64,000 nucleotides of DNA from an uncultured delta proteobacterium (GCA_963794325.1 CAWCDG010000007.1:128001-192000), one strand, 5' to 3'. Counted from the first letter of the stretch, positions 9,753-20,166 are shown. Numbers and translations are program-made. Notes: a model not told the origin generated them from the sequence alone.

Positions 9753-9848
9753 TTAAGAATTGTGGCGCGCGCCACGGCGCGCGCAACGATGGCGGGCACG
9801 GCGGCCCGCCCCACTGTAGGCAGGCCGCCCGCGCCGGTTTCGGGAGGC

Positions 9849-11084
9849 TTACTTGCCGACGACGAAGACGCAGCTGGTGGTGCCGCTGCCGCCGATGTTC
9901 AGCATCGCAAATTTCTTTGCGTTCTCGACTTGGTAGTCACCCGCGCTATGCGTTATCTGCCGATGACAATCGAGCATCTGACGCACGCCCGTCGCGCCGA
10001 CCGGATGGCCCGCGCCAATCAGCCCGCCGCTCGGATTGATTGGCAGCTTGCCGCCGAGCTCGATCACGCCTTCCTCGACCGCCTTCCACGACTCGCCGGG
10101 CTTGGTGATCCCGAAGTGATCGATCGCCATATATTCCGAGGTAGTGAAGCAATCGTGCGTCTCGATTCCCGACAGTTCGGCCGCCGAACCGATCCCCGCG
10201 CGCTTGAACGCATCGAGAATCGCCTGCCGCGTATGCGGCAACACGTAGGCGTTGTCGCGGCTCTCTAAAACCTTGGTGTCGAATTCGAGCGGCGCCGTAT
10301 GATGGCCCCATCCGAGGATGCGCGGGATATCGGCAAGCTGCTTGCCATTGCGCTTGGCCCACGCGCTCGCAAACTTTTCCGACGCGAGGAAAATCGCGAC
10401 CGATCCGTCGGTCACCTGCGAGCAATCGCTCACCTTGATTCGGCCGCCGATGACCTGGTTGAACTTGCTCTCGTGCTGCGCGTGACTCTCGCTCATGAAC
10501 CAGTTGCGAGTCTGCGCGTTGGGATTGCGCTTGGCGTTGGAGTAGTTCACCGCCGAGATATGCGCGAGGTGTTCGTCCTTCAGCCCGTAGCGCTTGTCGT
10601 ACTCGTCGCCGAGCCGCCCGAAAAGTTTCGGAAACGGGAACTCGATCCCCTTGGCCTCGCGCTCGTACCACGCCGCGGTGCCGAGGTAATCGCCGCCGGT
10701 GGTCGAATCGACAGTCTTCATCTGCTCGACGCCGACCACGCATGCCAGGTCGTAACGCTCGGCTTCGATCTCGGCCGACGCTGCGATCAGCGCAATCGAG
10801 CCCGACGCGCACGCCGCCTCATGACGGCTGGTCGGCAGCCCCGAAAAAGTCGGATCGATCTCGACGAAAAACGCGCCGATATGGCCCTGCTTGGCGTACA
10901 GCTCGGCGGCGAAGTTGCCGACGTGAGCGGTCTGAACTTCGCGCGGCTCGATCTTCGTCGCTTCAAGCGCGGCCAAAGTCGCCTCGCGCATCATCGCCAC
11001 GAAATGCTTCCCTTCCTTCGACCAATTGCGGGCAAAGTCAGTTTGCGCTCCGCCCAATACGTACACCGGCGCTGGTTTTGTCAT
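9849..11084 (-). CDS. Acetyl-CoA acetyltransferase (thiolase family)
   Basis: EAACASG, ETHDCF, NPSGGLIGAGHPVGATG motifs. Confidence 0.93.
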   Translation of the reverse strand: MTKPAPVYVLGGAQTDFARNWSKEGKHFVAMMREATLAALEATKIEPREVQTAHVGNFAAELYAKQGHIGAFFVEIDPTFSGLPTSRHEAACASGSIALIAASAEIEAERYDLACVVGVEQMKTVDSTTGGDYLGTAAWYEREAKGIEFPFPKLFGRLGDEYDKRYGLKDEHLAHISAVNYSNAKRNPNAQTRNWFMSESHAQHESKFNQVIGGRIKVSDCSQVTDGSVAIFLASEKFASAWAKRNGKQLADIPRILGWGHHTAPLEFDTKVLESRDNAYVLPHTRQAILDAFKRAGIGSAAELSGIETHDCFTTSEYMAIDHFGITKPGESWKAVEEGVIELGGKLPINPSGGLIGAGHPVGATGVRQMLDCHRQITHSAGDYQVENAKKFAMLNIGGSGTTSCVFVVGK

Positions 11085-11153
11085 CGCGCGCTCCTATTGA
11101 TTACTAGCGTAATCATACGACAAACAATCTAACCATCCAACAGGGGAATTTCA

Positions 11154-12440
11154 TCAACCGACAAACGTCCGGCCATACTCGAGTACGCCGCCGGAAAACA
11201 TTTTAGCATCGCGCGACGCGGCTTGTTCGACAGTTTCGGGAACCGTCAGCTTCAACTTTTGCAGCATCGCCACGGTGTTCTTCGCGCCGATCAAATCGAC
11301 GATCGCGGTGGGCGGCGCCCAGTTGAAACCGTACGACATTATCGAGTCCACATCGGCCGCGCTGGCGGCCACTTCGCCGACGCGATTCAGCGCATAGCTG
11401 ACGTAACCGAGCACGACGCGACGGCACAGGTCGGCATCGGCGCCCTTCGCATCGGCGAGGACCTTCAACGCCTCCGAATAACGGCCCACGCGATGGAATC
11501 CCTTCATCTTCTCGACGAACTCGATCGGCGCGGGCTTCTCCAGCTTGTGGTGCCCGCCGGTTTTCGGATCGAGCACGAAAACTTCCTTCCCCGCGCGACG
11601 GTAGAAGCCGCCAGTCTCGGGCGTCTTGTCGCCGAGACATCCCTTCGCAAGCCCGGCGTTCATGTACGCGGGCATCGCGAAAGATTCATGCGCCTCGTCT
11701 TTGCAGTTCGCATGGACGTTATCGACGATCGCTTTGTGCACGTCCCATCCGACCAGATCGACGGTCGCCAGCGGCGCCATCGCGCGCCCGGTGTGCGGTC
11801 CGATCAGATAATCGATGTATGCGACGCCGTGCTCGGCGGCCAATTGCGCAGTCTCGTTCAGCACCTTGAAGCCGACGCGATTGCCGACGAACGCCGGCAT
11901 GTCTTTGGTGACGATCACCTTGCGGCCCAGCCGCTTCGTCAGCATCGCGACGACGTTGTTGACGACGGCAGGATCGGTATCGGGACCCGGAATCACTTCG
12001 GTGCCGACGATCACGTGCGGCGGATTGAACAGATGGACGCCCAGAAAATTGCGGCGAAACGATTCGCTGCGCCCGCGCGCCATTTCCGCGATCGACAATC
12101 CCGAGGATCCGGTCGCGATGATCGATTCAGGACGCCGGTTCTTGTCGATCAGATCGAAAAATTGTTTTTTCAGCGGCAGATCTTCAGCGAGAGATTCAAA
12201 GACGAACGCAGCCTCGCCGACCGTGCGGCCGAGGTCGCTGTCGTACGCACCCAACGCGATTCGCTCTGCGATCGCCTCCGCGCGCGCGTCATTCTGCGCG
12301 TCCTTCAATCCTTCCGCAGCTTTGGACGCCGACCGCGCCAGCATCGTGACGTGGTATCCGGCGCCCGCGAAAACGCATCCCGCGCCGGCACCCATCGTGC
12401 CGTTCGCGCCGATAATTACGACCTTGTTATTGTCGCCCAA
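11154..12440 (-). CDS. 3-hydroxyacyl-CoA dehydrogenase family protein
   Basis: Rossmann motif IIGANGTMGAG, ESLAEDL..K, HLFNPP, FVGNR; TTG start at 12440 after GGAG. Confidence 0.9.
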   Translation of the reverse strand: MGDNNKVVIIGANGTMGAGAGCVFAGAGYHVTMLARSASKAAEGLKDAQNDARAEAIAERIALGAYDSDLGRTVGEAAFVFESLAEDLPLKKQFFDLIDKNRRPESIIATGSSGLSIAEMARGRSESFRRNFLGVHLFNPPHVIVGTEVIPGPDTDPAVVNNVVAMLTKRLGRKVIVTKDMPAFVGNRVGFKVLNETAQLAAEHGVAYIDYLIGPHTGRAMAPLATVDLVGWDVHKAIVDNVHANCKDEAHESFAMPAYMNAGLAKGCLGDKTPETGGFYRRAGKEVFVLDPKTGGHHKLEKPAPIEFVEKMKGFHRVGRYSEALKVLADAKGADADLCRRVVLGYVSYALNRVGEVAASAADVDSIMSYGFNWAPPTAIVDLIGAKNTVAMLQKLKLTVPETVEQAASRDAKMFSGGVLEYGRTFVG

Positions 12441-12557
12441 GTGCTCTCCGATCCTCGCGAAATTGTGGTTTGGCAGCCGCAGGCCGCGAGAGATGTTAGC
12501 CGAGGTAGGCCAGCTATGCCACAGGCGCAAGAACCCTTCGCGAGGGCTTCCGAAGAG

Positions 12558-12899
12558 CTATTTCGTGAAGGCTTGGGACAGGAATTCCTTGACGCCTTCG
12601 CGGCCCGTCAGGCTCACCCACACCGGACCGGATTCGGGCGCCACGTCGATTCTGAAATCCAGAAAAGGGCAGCACTTGCGCTCGAAGGAGATCCATTCGG
12701 CGAGTTGCGCGAGCGGCATCCGCTTGGTCGAGATTTGCACCTCGATTCCGTTCGGCAGCTCACACTTGCCGATCGCCGCGGCGGCGAGCATTCCCCGCAA
12801 TTCGTTGTACCGCGCGTTATCGGACGCAGGTATCGCGTCGAGCCGGCAGGCGATCGGCGTCTCGAAGATTTCAGCATTGCAGCATACGTTGGTCGCCAT
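12558..12899 (-). CDS. Cys-rich hypothetical protein (PIAC..L / ERKCCPF family), putative metal-binding
   Basis: GAGGAG RBS; N-terminal CC, PIACRL and ERKCCPFLDF. Confidence 0.75.
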   Translation of the reverse strand: MATNVCCNAEIFETPIACRLDAIPASDNARYNELRGMLAAAAIGKCELPNGIEVQISTKRMPLAQLAEWISFERKCCPFLDFRIDVAPESGPVWVSLTGREGVKEFLSQAFTK

Positions 12900-12910
12900 G
12901 AATTTCTCCT

Positions 12911-14434
12911 CTAAGGCTCATGCCAAACACGTCCCGCCGAGCCAATCAAGTCGTCGGCTTCCTTCGGTCCCCAGTTCCCAGCGGGATACTCGACGATCGG
13001 GACGCGCGCACTGTCCTTCCACGAATCCAGAATCCCCTGTACGAACTCCCACGACTTCTCCACGAACGGCGCGCTGATAAACAGCGTATGGTCGCCGTCC
13101 ATCACGTCGAGCAGCAGCCGCTCGTATCCGTCGGGCGACGCGCCGGCGCCGAACGCCGCCTGGTAGCTGAGATTCATCCGCACCGGCTGCAGCACCAGGT
13201 CGAGTCCCGGCCGCTTGGTCATCACGTCGAACGAAAAACCTTCGTCGGGCTGAATCCGAATGATGAGCGCGTTCGCCGGAACCTTCGATTCACGATTGAA
13301 CAGTATTTGCGGCACGTCCTTGAACTGGACGTAGATCGAACTCGCGCGCGCCTTCATCCGCTTGCCGGTGCGAATGAAAAACGGAATCCCCGACCATCGC
13401 CAGTTGTCGATATACGTTTTCAGCGCGACGTACGTTTCGGTGCGCGAATTGTCGGCGATTCCCTGTTCGTCCATATAGCCGGGGACCGGCTTGCCGTCCG
13501 CATCGACACCCGCCGCGTAGCGCGCCCGCACCGTATTCGCACGCGCATTTTGCGGCGTGATCGGACGAAGCGTGCGCAGCAAATTGAGCTTCGCCTCGCG
13601 AATCGCCGCCGCGTCGAGTGATACTGGCGCTTCCATCGTCAGCAGCGACAGCGTTTGCAGGATATGGTTCTGCACCATGTCGCGCAGCGCGCCCGAGTTG
13701 TCGTAGTACATCGCGCGGGTGCCGACGCCTTCCGCTTCCGCCACCGTGATCTGCACGTGATCGACGTTGCGCGCGCCCCACAGGCGCTCGAAAATGTTGT
13801 TCGAGAAGCGCAGCGCGAGCAGATTCTGCACCGTCTCCTTGCCGAGGTAATGATCGATTCTGAAAATCTGCGATTCGTCGAGATATTTCACCAGCACTCG
13901 ATTAACTTCGAGCGCGCTCGGCAGATCGTGGCCGATTGGTTTCTCGACGACCACGCGCGTGAAATTCGGTGCGTCGGGTTTGTTGATCAGGCCTGCTTCG
14001 GTGAGCCGCTCGACCGACTCGCCAATCGCTTCGGGCGGAATCGCGAGGTAGTAAACGCGATTGGGCGGGATACCGCGAGCCTTTTCGATAGCTTCAAGTT
14101 TTGCTTTAAGTTTTTTGAAACCGTCCGGACGGTCCAGCCCGGACAGGTAATCGAGGCTGTCGGCAAACTTTTTCCAGCAGTCCTCATCGACCTTCAGCCG
14201 CGAGAATCTGGTGGTCCAGTCATGCGCGCTTTTTCGGAAATCGTCGATCGACATTTCGCGCCGCGCAAATCCGAGCACCGCGCTTTTCGGGGGCATCATG
14301 CCTTCGCCGCATGCGACCAGATTGTACAGCGACGGGATCAGCTTGCGCTTGGCCAGATCGCCCGACGCTCCGAAGATTACGACGGTGCATGGCGGCGCCT
14401 GCTGGGCTCGTTGTATAGTTAAGAGGGTGTCCAT
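12911..14434 (-). CDS. zwf: Glucose-6-phosphate 1-dehydrogenase
   Basis: IFGASGDLAKRKLIP, VEKPIG, RIDHYLGKETVQN, RDMVQNH, RWSGIPFFIRTGK. Confidence 0.97.
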   Translation of the reverse strand: MDTLLTIQRAQQAPPCTVVIFGASGDLAKRKLIPSLYNLVACGEGMMPPKSAVLGFARREMSIDDFRKSAHDWTTRFSRLKVDEDCWKKFADSLDYLSGLDRPDGFKKLKAKLEAIEKARGIPPNRVYYLAIPPEAIGESVERLTEAGLINKPDAPNFTRVVVEKPIGHDLPSALEVNRVLVKYLDESQIFRIDHYLGKETVQNLLALRFSNNIFERLWGARNVDHVQITVAEAEGVGTRAMYYDNSGALRDMVQNHILQTLSLLTMEAPVSLDAAAIREAKLNLLRTLRPITPQNARANTVRARYAAGVDADGKPVPGYMDEQGIADNSRTETYVALKTYIDNWRWSGIPFFIRTGKRMKARASSIYVQFKDVPQILFNRESKVPANALIIRIQPDEGFSFDVMTKRPGLDLVLQPVRMNLSYQAAFGAGASPDGYERLLLDVMDGDHTLFISAPFVEKSWEFVQGILDSWKDSARVPIVEYPAGNWGPKEADDLIGSAGRVWHEP

Positions 14435-14596
14435 CTTGATGGTTTCCTTATGTATTGCGCCGATGCGCGCTCTACTGGCAACCCGCTGCGATGATTGATA
14501 AGTCTGACATGTTTCCGGCCTTCATGAAAAAGCGCCTCGTCAGAAATTCGCGCACCACTTCAACCTGCAAGCATCCTGAAAATGGCGACTAACTAA

Positions 14597-15040
14597 ATGC
14601 CGGAAGCGAAATCCTTATCAACCGGCTCTCCCGAGCTCGCCCCACTTAAAGAATGGATTCCCGTGCTGGTGTGGGGCGCAGTGATCTTCAGCCTCTCGAC
14701 CTCGGCCTTTTCCGCTATCAACACGGTCAAGGTAGTCGACCCGATACTGCGCTTTTTGATTCCCGGAATCTCCTCCGCGTCGGTTGACGTATGCCACATG
14801 CTCATCCGCAAATCCGCGCATTTCACGGAGTATGGAATTCTTTTCTGGCTGCTGGTGCGCGGCCCGATGGCGCGGCGGCCATACCTGGCGCTGATGCTTT
14901 GTGTGGTGTACGCGCTGACCGACGAGGGCCATCAGGTTTTCGTGCCGGGCCGCACCGCATCACTATATGATGTGGCGCTGGACTCGAGCGGCGCGCTCTT
15001 CAGCCATTTCCTGACCACCGCAATCGCCGAACTCGCGTAA
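14597..15040 (+). CDS. VanZ family membrane protein
   Basis: IRKSAHFTEYGIL, YALTDEGHQVFVPGRTASLYDVALDSSG. Confidence 0.9.
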   Translation: MPEAKSLSTGSPELAPLKEWIPVLVWGAVIFSLSTSAFSAINTVKVVDPILRFLIPGISSASVDVCHMLIRKSAHFTEYGILFWLLVRGPMARRPYLALMLCVVYALTDEGHQVFVPGRTASLYDVALDSSGALFSHFLTTAIAELA

Positions 15041-15051
15041 GGGTTCCGCAT

Positions 15052-15723
15052 TCAATTCGATTCTTCAATCTTCGCACTGATCCGCTCAACCCGGCCAAAA
15101 AACGCGCGCAGATTTTTCATGTCGGCAGGAATTTTGAGCTCGCCGGTAAACGCCAGATAATACAACTGGCCATACAGCGCGAAATCCGCCAAACCGATCC
15201 GGCCAGTAAGGAACGGCGCGTTGCCGAGTTGCTCCTCGAACGGTGCCAGTGAAACACGAAAGCGCTCCCAGTTGGCCGAATGATCGGCGATAGTGCGATC
15301 GACGAAGCCCTTGCCAAACTTGCGCTCGCGAATGAAGCGCCACAGCGCGCCGCGATCCGCGCCCTGGCGGCTGTAGTAAGCAAGCTCGTCGGCGAGCGCG
15401 ACTGGATACACCGACTCCTCGAGATGGTTGTCGATATAGTCGGCGAGCACCAGATGCATCCCGCGCCATCCGGCGGGAAAAATCGTCGGCTCGGGATAAA
15501 GCTCCTCGAGCCGCATCGCGATTCGCGCCGAGTCGACAATCGTCTCGCCGTTGTCGAGCGTGACCGCCGGCACTGTGATCTGCCCCGACGCGAGCAGCAA
15601 TTCCTTGCGCTCGAGGTAATCGACCTCGACCACTTCGAACTCGACGCCCTTGAACGCAAGCAGCTTGCGCACCTTGGCGCAGAATGGACTCCCGAGAAAC
15701 TGGTAAAGCTTCGCCGCCATCAT
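15052..15723 (-). CDS. Glutathione S-transferase family protein
   Basis: KLYQFLGSPFCAKVRKLL, QITVP, DSARI, LADFALYG; ATG overlaps the upstream TGA. Confidence 0.88.
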   Translation of the reverse strand: MMAAKLYQFLGSPFCAKVRKLLAFKGVEFEVVEVDYLERKELLLASGQITVPAVTLDNGETIVDSARIAMRLEELYPEPTIFPAGWRGMHLVLADYIDNHLEESVYPVALADELAYYSRQGADRGALWRFIRERKFGKGFVDRTIADHSANWERFRVSLAPFEEQLGNAPFLTGRIGLADFALYGQLYYLAFTGELKIPADMKNLRAFFGRVERISAKIEESN

Positions 15724-16409
15724 CGTCCCCTGAGTGCGTGAATTACATCGTCGAGATCGGAATCCGAAATCGAGGGACGCACGACGTCGGCCGCCGCCAG
15801 ATCGCGTGCCGGCAGCATGTGGCATAGCGCCAGCACTTTCATGCCCGCGCGATGCGCCGCCTCGATTCCGGCGTGCGTGTCCTCGACCACCAAACATTCG
15901 TCCGCCAGCACCGGATCGCGCTGTCGCAGCAAATATCCGATACGGCCAAGCGCCGCGATAAAACCGTCGGGCTCGGGCTTGCCGCGATCGACATCCTCCG
16001 CCGCGATAATATCGAGAAACAAATCGCGCAATCCGGCACGCCGAAGAATTGTTTGGGCTTCGGCGCGCAGCGTTCCGGTCGCGATCATCAGCGGAAACCG
16101 CTGCGCGCAATCGCGCACAAACTTCTCGGCGCCCGGATAGAGAACGTCGCGCTCTGCAATGATCGCGTGATACACCGCAGTCTTGCGCGCGATCAGATCA
16201 GCGACGTGCTCTTCGTCTGCATTTTTGCGATTCTCGCGCAGCACGGTCGCGAAACAATCGCGATCGTTGAGCCCAATCAACCGCGAAGTGTAGTCATCGA
16301 AACCAATCTCGATCCCATCGGCACGTAGAACCTCGTTGAAGGCCGAAAAATGCAACGGTTCGGTGTCGACGAGCGTCCCGTCGAGATCGAATATGACCGC
16401 GCGAATCAT
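15720..16409 (-). CDS. HAD-superfamily phosphatase (beta-PGM-like)
   Basis: MIRAVIFDLDGTLVDT, GKPEPD, VVEDT..GIEAA. Confidence 0.92.
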   Translation of the reverse strand: MIRAVIFDLDGTLVDTEPLHFSAFNEVLRADGIEIGFDDYTSRLIGLNDRDCFATVLRENRKNADEEHVADLIARKTAVYHAIIAERDVLYPGAEKFVRDCAQRFPLMIATGTLRAEAQTILRRAGLRDLFLDIIAAEDVDRGKPEPDGFIAALGRIGYLLRQRDPVLADECLVVEDTHAGIEAAHRAGMKVLALCHMLPARDLAAADVVRPSISDSDLDDVIHALRGR

Positions 16410-16626
16410 GCCGGAGTACTGTCTTACATGCGACTGAGCTTTGGAAGTGGAGGAAGGAGCAGCCTGAGGAAGTGATGAATCGGCATCCTGCGCTGACCCA
16501 GAACCCTCACCGCCGGCGGCTGCGCCCGCCGGCCGCCTCTTCCGTAAAGTAACGGGCGAGGTAAGATTCGGACGCCTTCCGCCCAGAACCTTTCTAACAG
16601 GGGCGAAGCCCCGCATCTTTTCTTCT

Positions 16627-16690
16627 CACTGGGTGCAGGGGTCACCCCTGCCGAAGGAAGCGTGAAACCCACCGCGGGTTTCACATTCAA
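16627..16690 (+). repeat. Dispersed double-hairpin repeat family A, copy 1
   Basis: CACTGGGT-GCAGGGGTCACCCCTGC-CGAAGGAAGC-GTGAAACCC-ACCGC-GGGTTTCAC-ATTCAA; related copies at 29515, 29627, 37442 and 45918. Confidence 0.85.
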
Positions 16691-17889
16691 TTAAGTTGTC
16701 CCTTCCCCAACAACGCGACGATCTCCCGCTGGCGCGGCTCGCCGCTGACTAGTGCGCGTCCGTCCTCGATTGTCAGGTCGAGTTCGCTGCGGATGCCGAA
16801 TTTTCCGGGGAGATAAATTCCCGGCTCGACTGAGAAACAGGTGTTGTCGATAAGCCTGCGATCGTCCAGCGTCTCGAGCGAGTCCAGGTTCGCGCCGGTG
16901 CCATGCACTTCGCGGCCGATCGAATGGCCCGTGCGATGTACAAACGCGTCGCCGAAGCCGGCCGTCTCGATTACCGAGCGCGCGGCGCGATCTGCTTCGC
17001 GCCCGCTGACATTGTCACCGGCTCTCACGCGGCGCTGCACCAGATCAACCGTCGCGTCGCGCGCATCCGCGACAATCTTGAAAATGCGCGCGTGCTCGGC
17101 GGGAACCTTATCGCCGGCGAATGCGACCCAGGTGAAGTCCGCGTAGATACTGTCAGCAGCCGCCTCTTTGGCCCACAGGTCGAGCAGGATGAAATCGCCC
17201 AATTGGATCGCACGATCATGTTTGGCAGTCGGCCCGTAATGCGGGTCCGCACTATGCTCGTTGACGGCGACGATCGGCGGCGCGTGAGTCACGAGGCCTC
17301 GCGCTGCGAATCGCGCCATCACGGATTCCTGTATCTCGACTTCGCTGACTGCGCGACCTGCCGAAATCGCATGTGCGATCTCAGCGAACGTTTCATCGAC
17401 GATCGATCGAAGCGCGCGCGCCGCGCGTTGATGACTCCCAAGCTGATCGCGCGTCAAGGTCGCCTCGAAGCGCTGGATAAGATCGGCGGCGGTGACGACC
17501 TCGACATTCATCGCGCGAACTATTTCGACCGTGCCCGCATCGACCCGCGACACGTATGGAATCGCGCAGCCCGGCGAATAGTCCATCGCGATTCGCCGCG
17601 CACCCTCGAGCACCTTGCGCAACGCCGCGATCATCTCGATGTGCGAGCGATAGACGATCTTTTCGATTGCGAGCGCGTCGAGCCGATGCGCCTCGACCGC
17701 CGACACTATCGCCTTGGCTTTGCCACGCGCCGGGACGTAGCAGAACCATCGCCGCGTCGCGATGCCATCTTCCGATAGCCCAAGGATTCGATAGGCGAGT
17801 GGATCGCTCAAGCGGAAGTCGTAGAACAGCCATCCGTCGAGCTGCGCATGACCGAGCGCAAGCGCGATTTCTTCGAGTCGCGTCGTCAC
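16687..17889 (-). CDS. M24 family metallopeptidase (Xaa-Pro aminopeptidase-like)
   Basis: DGWLFYDFR, ADPHY, LLDLWAK..YADFTW, HRTGHSIG..HG, EPGIY..GIRSE; GTG start overlaps the upstream TGA. Confidence 0.92.
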   Translation of the reverse strand: MTTRLEEIALALGHAQLDGWLFYDFRLSDPLAYRILGLSEDGIATRRWFCYVPARGKAKAIVSAVEAHRLDALAIEKIVYRSHIEMIAALRKVLEGARRIAMDYSPGCAIPYVSRVDAGTVEIVRAMNVEVVTAADLIQRFEATLTRDQLGSHQRAARALRSIVDETFAEIAHAISAGRAVSEVEIQESVMARFAARGLVTHAPPIVAVNEHSADPHYGPTAKHDRAIQLGDFILLDLWAKEAAADSIYADFTWVAFAGDKVPAEHARIFKIVADARDATVDLVQRRVRAGDNVSGREADRAARSVIETAGFGDAFVHRTGHSIGREVHGTGANLDSLETLDDRRLIDNTCFSVEPGIYLPGKFGIRSELDLTIEDGRALVSGEPRQREIVALLGKGQLN

Positions 17890-18389
17890 GAATTGAAACG
17901 GCCTCCCCACGCGTGTGCGCTCTCCGGTTCGATTTTCACGATTGGATTTTTTTCCGGAGTAAAGGTCATCGCGCGGTACAGCAGGTATTTGTCGCGCAGA
18001 TGCCGCAGCGCGACTAGGTACTCCTCGGGATCCTCGACCACGCGCGCGTTTCCACGAATCAGCACGTAAGCGAGCTGCGACCAATCTTCTTCATAATGAT
18101 CGATCACGAGCGCGACGCGCGGATTCTCCGCGATATTGCGCATCCGCTTGAGCCCCAGGCCGCTTTGACGCTTGGGCTTCTCGTCGATCGCGAAGTAGAT
18201 GCGCTCGCCGTCGAACCAGTAGCAGAGCGGAACGTTGTGCGGTGCGCCGGCCGCGTCGGCGGTTGCCAGATGTGCCAGGCGGGCGGCGGCGAGGAATTCC
18301 CGCACGTGCGGATCGGCAAGCGCAGCCAGGTCGTTGGGTTGGGCGGTCGAATCGTTCGATGCGGTCTGAGTCGTCTTCGTCTTCATCAT
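17886..18389 (-). CDS. PPOX-class putative F420-dependent enzyme (Rv0121-like)
   Basis: ARLAHLATAD..PHNVP, AIDEKPKR, RMRNIAENPRVALVIDHYEEDWSQL. Confidence 0.88.
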   Translation of the reverse strand: MMKTKTTQTASNDSTAQPNDLAALADPHVREFLAAARLAHLATADAAGAPHNVPLCYWFDGERIYFAIDEKPKRQSGLGLKRMRNIAENPRVALVIDHYEEDWSQLAYVLIRGNARVVEDPEEYLVALRHLRDKYLLYRAMTFTPEKNPIVKIEPESAHAWGGRFNS

Positions 18390-19120
18390 CGTTTCTCCAA
18401 TCGATCAAGTGCGCCGCGCGCGGCTCGCGCCAACGATTCGTCAGCGGTGTCGATCGCCGCGGACTCGAGCGCAGCCATCGTGTCGGCGGTGGCGTTTTGA
18501 ATATTTCCCAGGGCCGAGGCTGCGGCGCGTCGCACGCCCGCATCGGCATCGGACTTCATGCATTCGAGCATTACTTTGATTGCTTGACCTGATGCGTCGC
18601 GTATCCGCGACAGAACTGACAGCGCAGCCAGACGCACGTGCACATCTGGATCGTGCACGGCGACCTGGACGACAGCGAGCAGTTCTGGTCCTGCGAGCTC
18701 GAGGTCGCGGATGCAGTAAAGCGCCATCTTGCGCGCGTTGCGGTCGTCTCCAACTGCGAGTTTGAGCAGCCGCGCGCCAATCTCCGCGAGATTTTCGTGC
18801 CCGAGCCGCACCATCAAATTGGTCGCTGCCCAACGGATATCTCCGTCGTCATCCGCCATCGCCTCGCACAGCGCGTCCGCGGAATCCATCGCAAACGCGG
18901 CCGCTCCGATTTGCGCGAGCGCATAGGCAGCGGCCCATCGCACGCGTCGATCGGCGCTGGCGAGTGACTCGCGAAGTTTTTCAGTGACGATGGGATCGCC
19001 TGACGCCGCAATCGCAACGAGTTCGTCGATCGCGCGGCGTTGCACGGTTTTATGCTCGTCGCCAAGTTCGCCGATCAGATTTTCGACGACGGCCGCGTCT
19101 TTGCGATCGTTATCTTTCAA
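18386..19120 (-). CDS. HEAT-repeat protein
   Basis: Repeated D..VRWAAAYAL / DIRWAA / HVRLAAL / GVRRAAASALG units. Confidence 0.85.
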   Translation of the reverse strand: MKDNDRKDAAVVENLIGELGDEHKTVQRRAIDELVAIAASGDPIVTEKLRESLASADRRVRWAAAYALAQIGAAAFAMDSADALCEAMADDDGDIRWAATNLMVRLGHENLAEIGARLLKLAVGDDRNARKMALYCIRDLELAGPELLAVVQVAVHDPDVHVRLAALSVLSRIRDASGQAIKVMLECMKSDADAGVRRAAASALGNIQNATADTMAALESAAIDTADESLARAARGALDRLEKR

Positions 19121-20166
19121 TTCACACCTGCGATCAGGCGCACGAGATTGGACAGCTCGCCAGCGCCAAGAAAGAAGTTGTCATTGTGCCCGAAGGTCTT
19201 CGTCACCGCATGCGAGATCGACGCAAGGTCGAGCGCACGGCCATGAAGTTCGTTTTCAAGTTCAACGATCGCCGGCGAGTTGGCGATGAAGTCCCCGCTG
19301 AGCCGCATGGCTTCTATGGTCTTATCTCCATTGAGCGCGACGGCTGCTTCAATCGCCCCGAGTTGCGATCCGATTCGATTCGCCAGTGTCAGCTTCAGCC
19401 CTGCGGTTGGCCCGACCAACCAGTTCGACGCTGCAATCGCGCGGCCGCGATGTTGCGCCTGCGCAGTTTCGATCGCCGTCAACTCTCGTCGCCGTGTCTC
19501 GCCGAGCGTGTTCCGGTACCCCGACGCGATCGCTTCGGCGAGCTCATCGAAAGAAATGTCGCGAGCGATCTCCCGCACTACCTTGGTCGCGGACGCGGCG
19601 TCGTACATTCGGCACGACAGCGCGCCGTCGGGGTCGATACGTTCCAAATCGTGCACGACTTCTTCCATCCCACGATTGTGCGCAATCGACACTTCGAAAA
19701 GCATCGCGCCCGACGGGTTAGTCTCGAACGTGCACATCGCAAGCTCGCGGTGATCGAAAGTTATCGCGTCGCGTCCCGGGTAGAAACATTCGATGCCGAT
19801 CGCGCGCATCGCGGACAGCAGGCCGCGCGCGTAGCGATTCATGATCTGATCGGGCTTCAGTCGGGTCGTGTCTTCGTTCAACAGCGCGGTGCGCGTCGGA
19901 AGAATCAGCGCCAGCCCCAGCCATCCCTGTCCGGCGCCGACGACACGGCCACCGGTGAGCCGCCGAATCGCGTTGATTCCGTCTCGCTCGGGGGGTCCGC
20001 CATATAGATGATAGCGGCCGATCGAAATAGCGCGGCCCAACGACCCGTAGATGAGCAGGACCGGCGGCGTCTCACGCGTCGCGATCGCGTCGAGCAAGTG
20101 CAGCTCGAGACCGAGGAGATCGTCGGTAGCAATTGCGGGCGCGAGGATTACGTCGAGGTCGGCCAC
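19117..20166 (-). CDS. Divergent lipoate-protein ligase (LplA-like) with C-terminal LplB-like domain
   Basis: ISIGRYH, IRRLTGGRVV, C-terminal RLSGDFIANSP. Confidence 0.7.
   Translation of the reverse strand: MADLDVILAPAIATDDLLGLELHLLDAIATRETPPVLLIYGSLGRAISIGRYHLYGGPPERDGINAIRRLTGGRVVGAGQGWLGLALILPTRTALLNEDTTRLKPDQIMNRYARGLLSAMRAIGIECFYPGRDAITFDHRELAMCTFETNPSGAMLFEVSIAHNRGMEEVVHDLERIDPDGALSCRMYDAASATKVVREIARDISFDELAEAIASGYRNTLGETRRRELTAIETAQAQHRGRAIAASNWLVGPTAGLKLTLANRIGSQLGAIEAAVALNGDKTIEAMRLSGDFIANSPAIVELENELHGRALDLASISHAVTKTFGHNDNFFLGAGELSNLVRLIAGVN

Noticed and set aside
9760-9848. GC-rich short inverted repeats between thiolase and phzF
   Set aside because: REP-like in appearance but single-copy in the window and imperfect, so cannot be assigned
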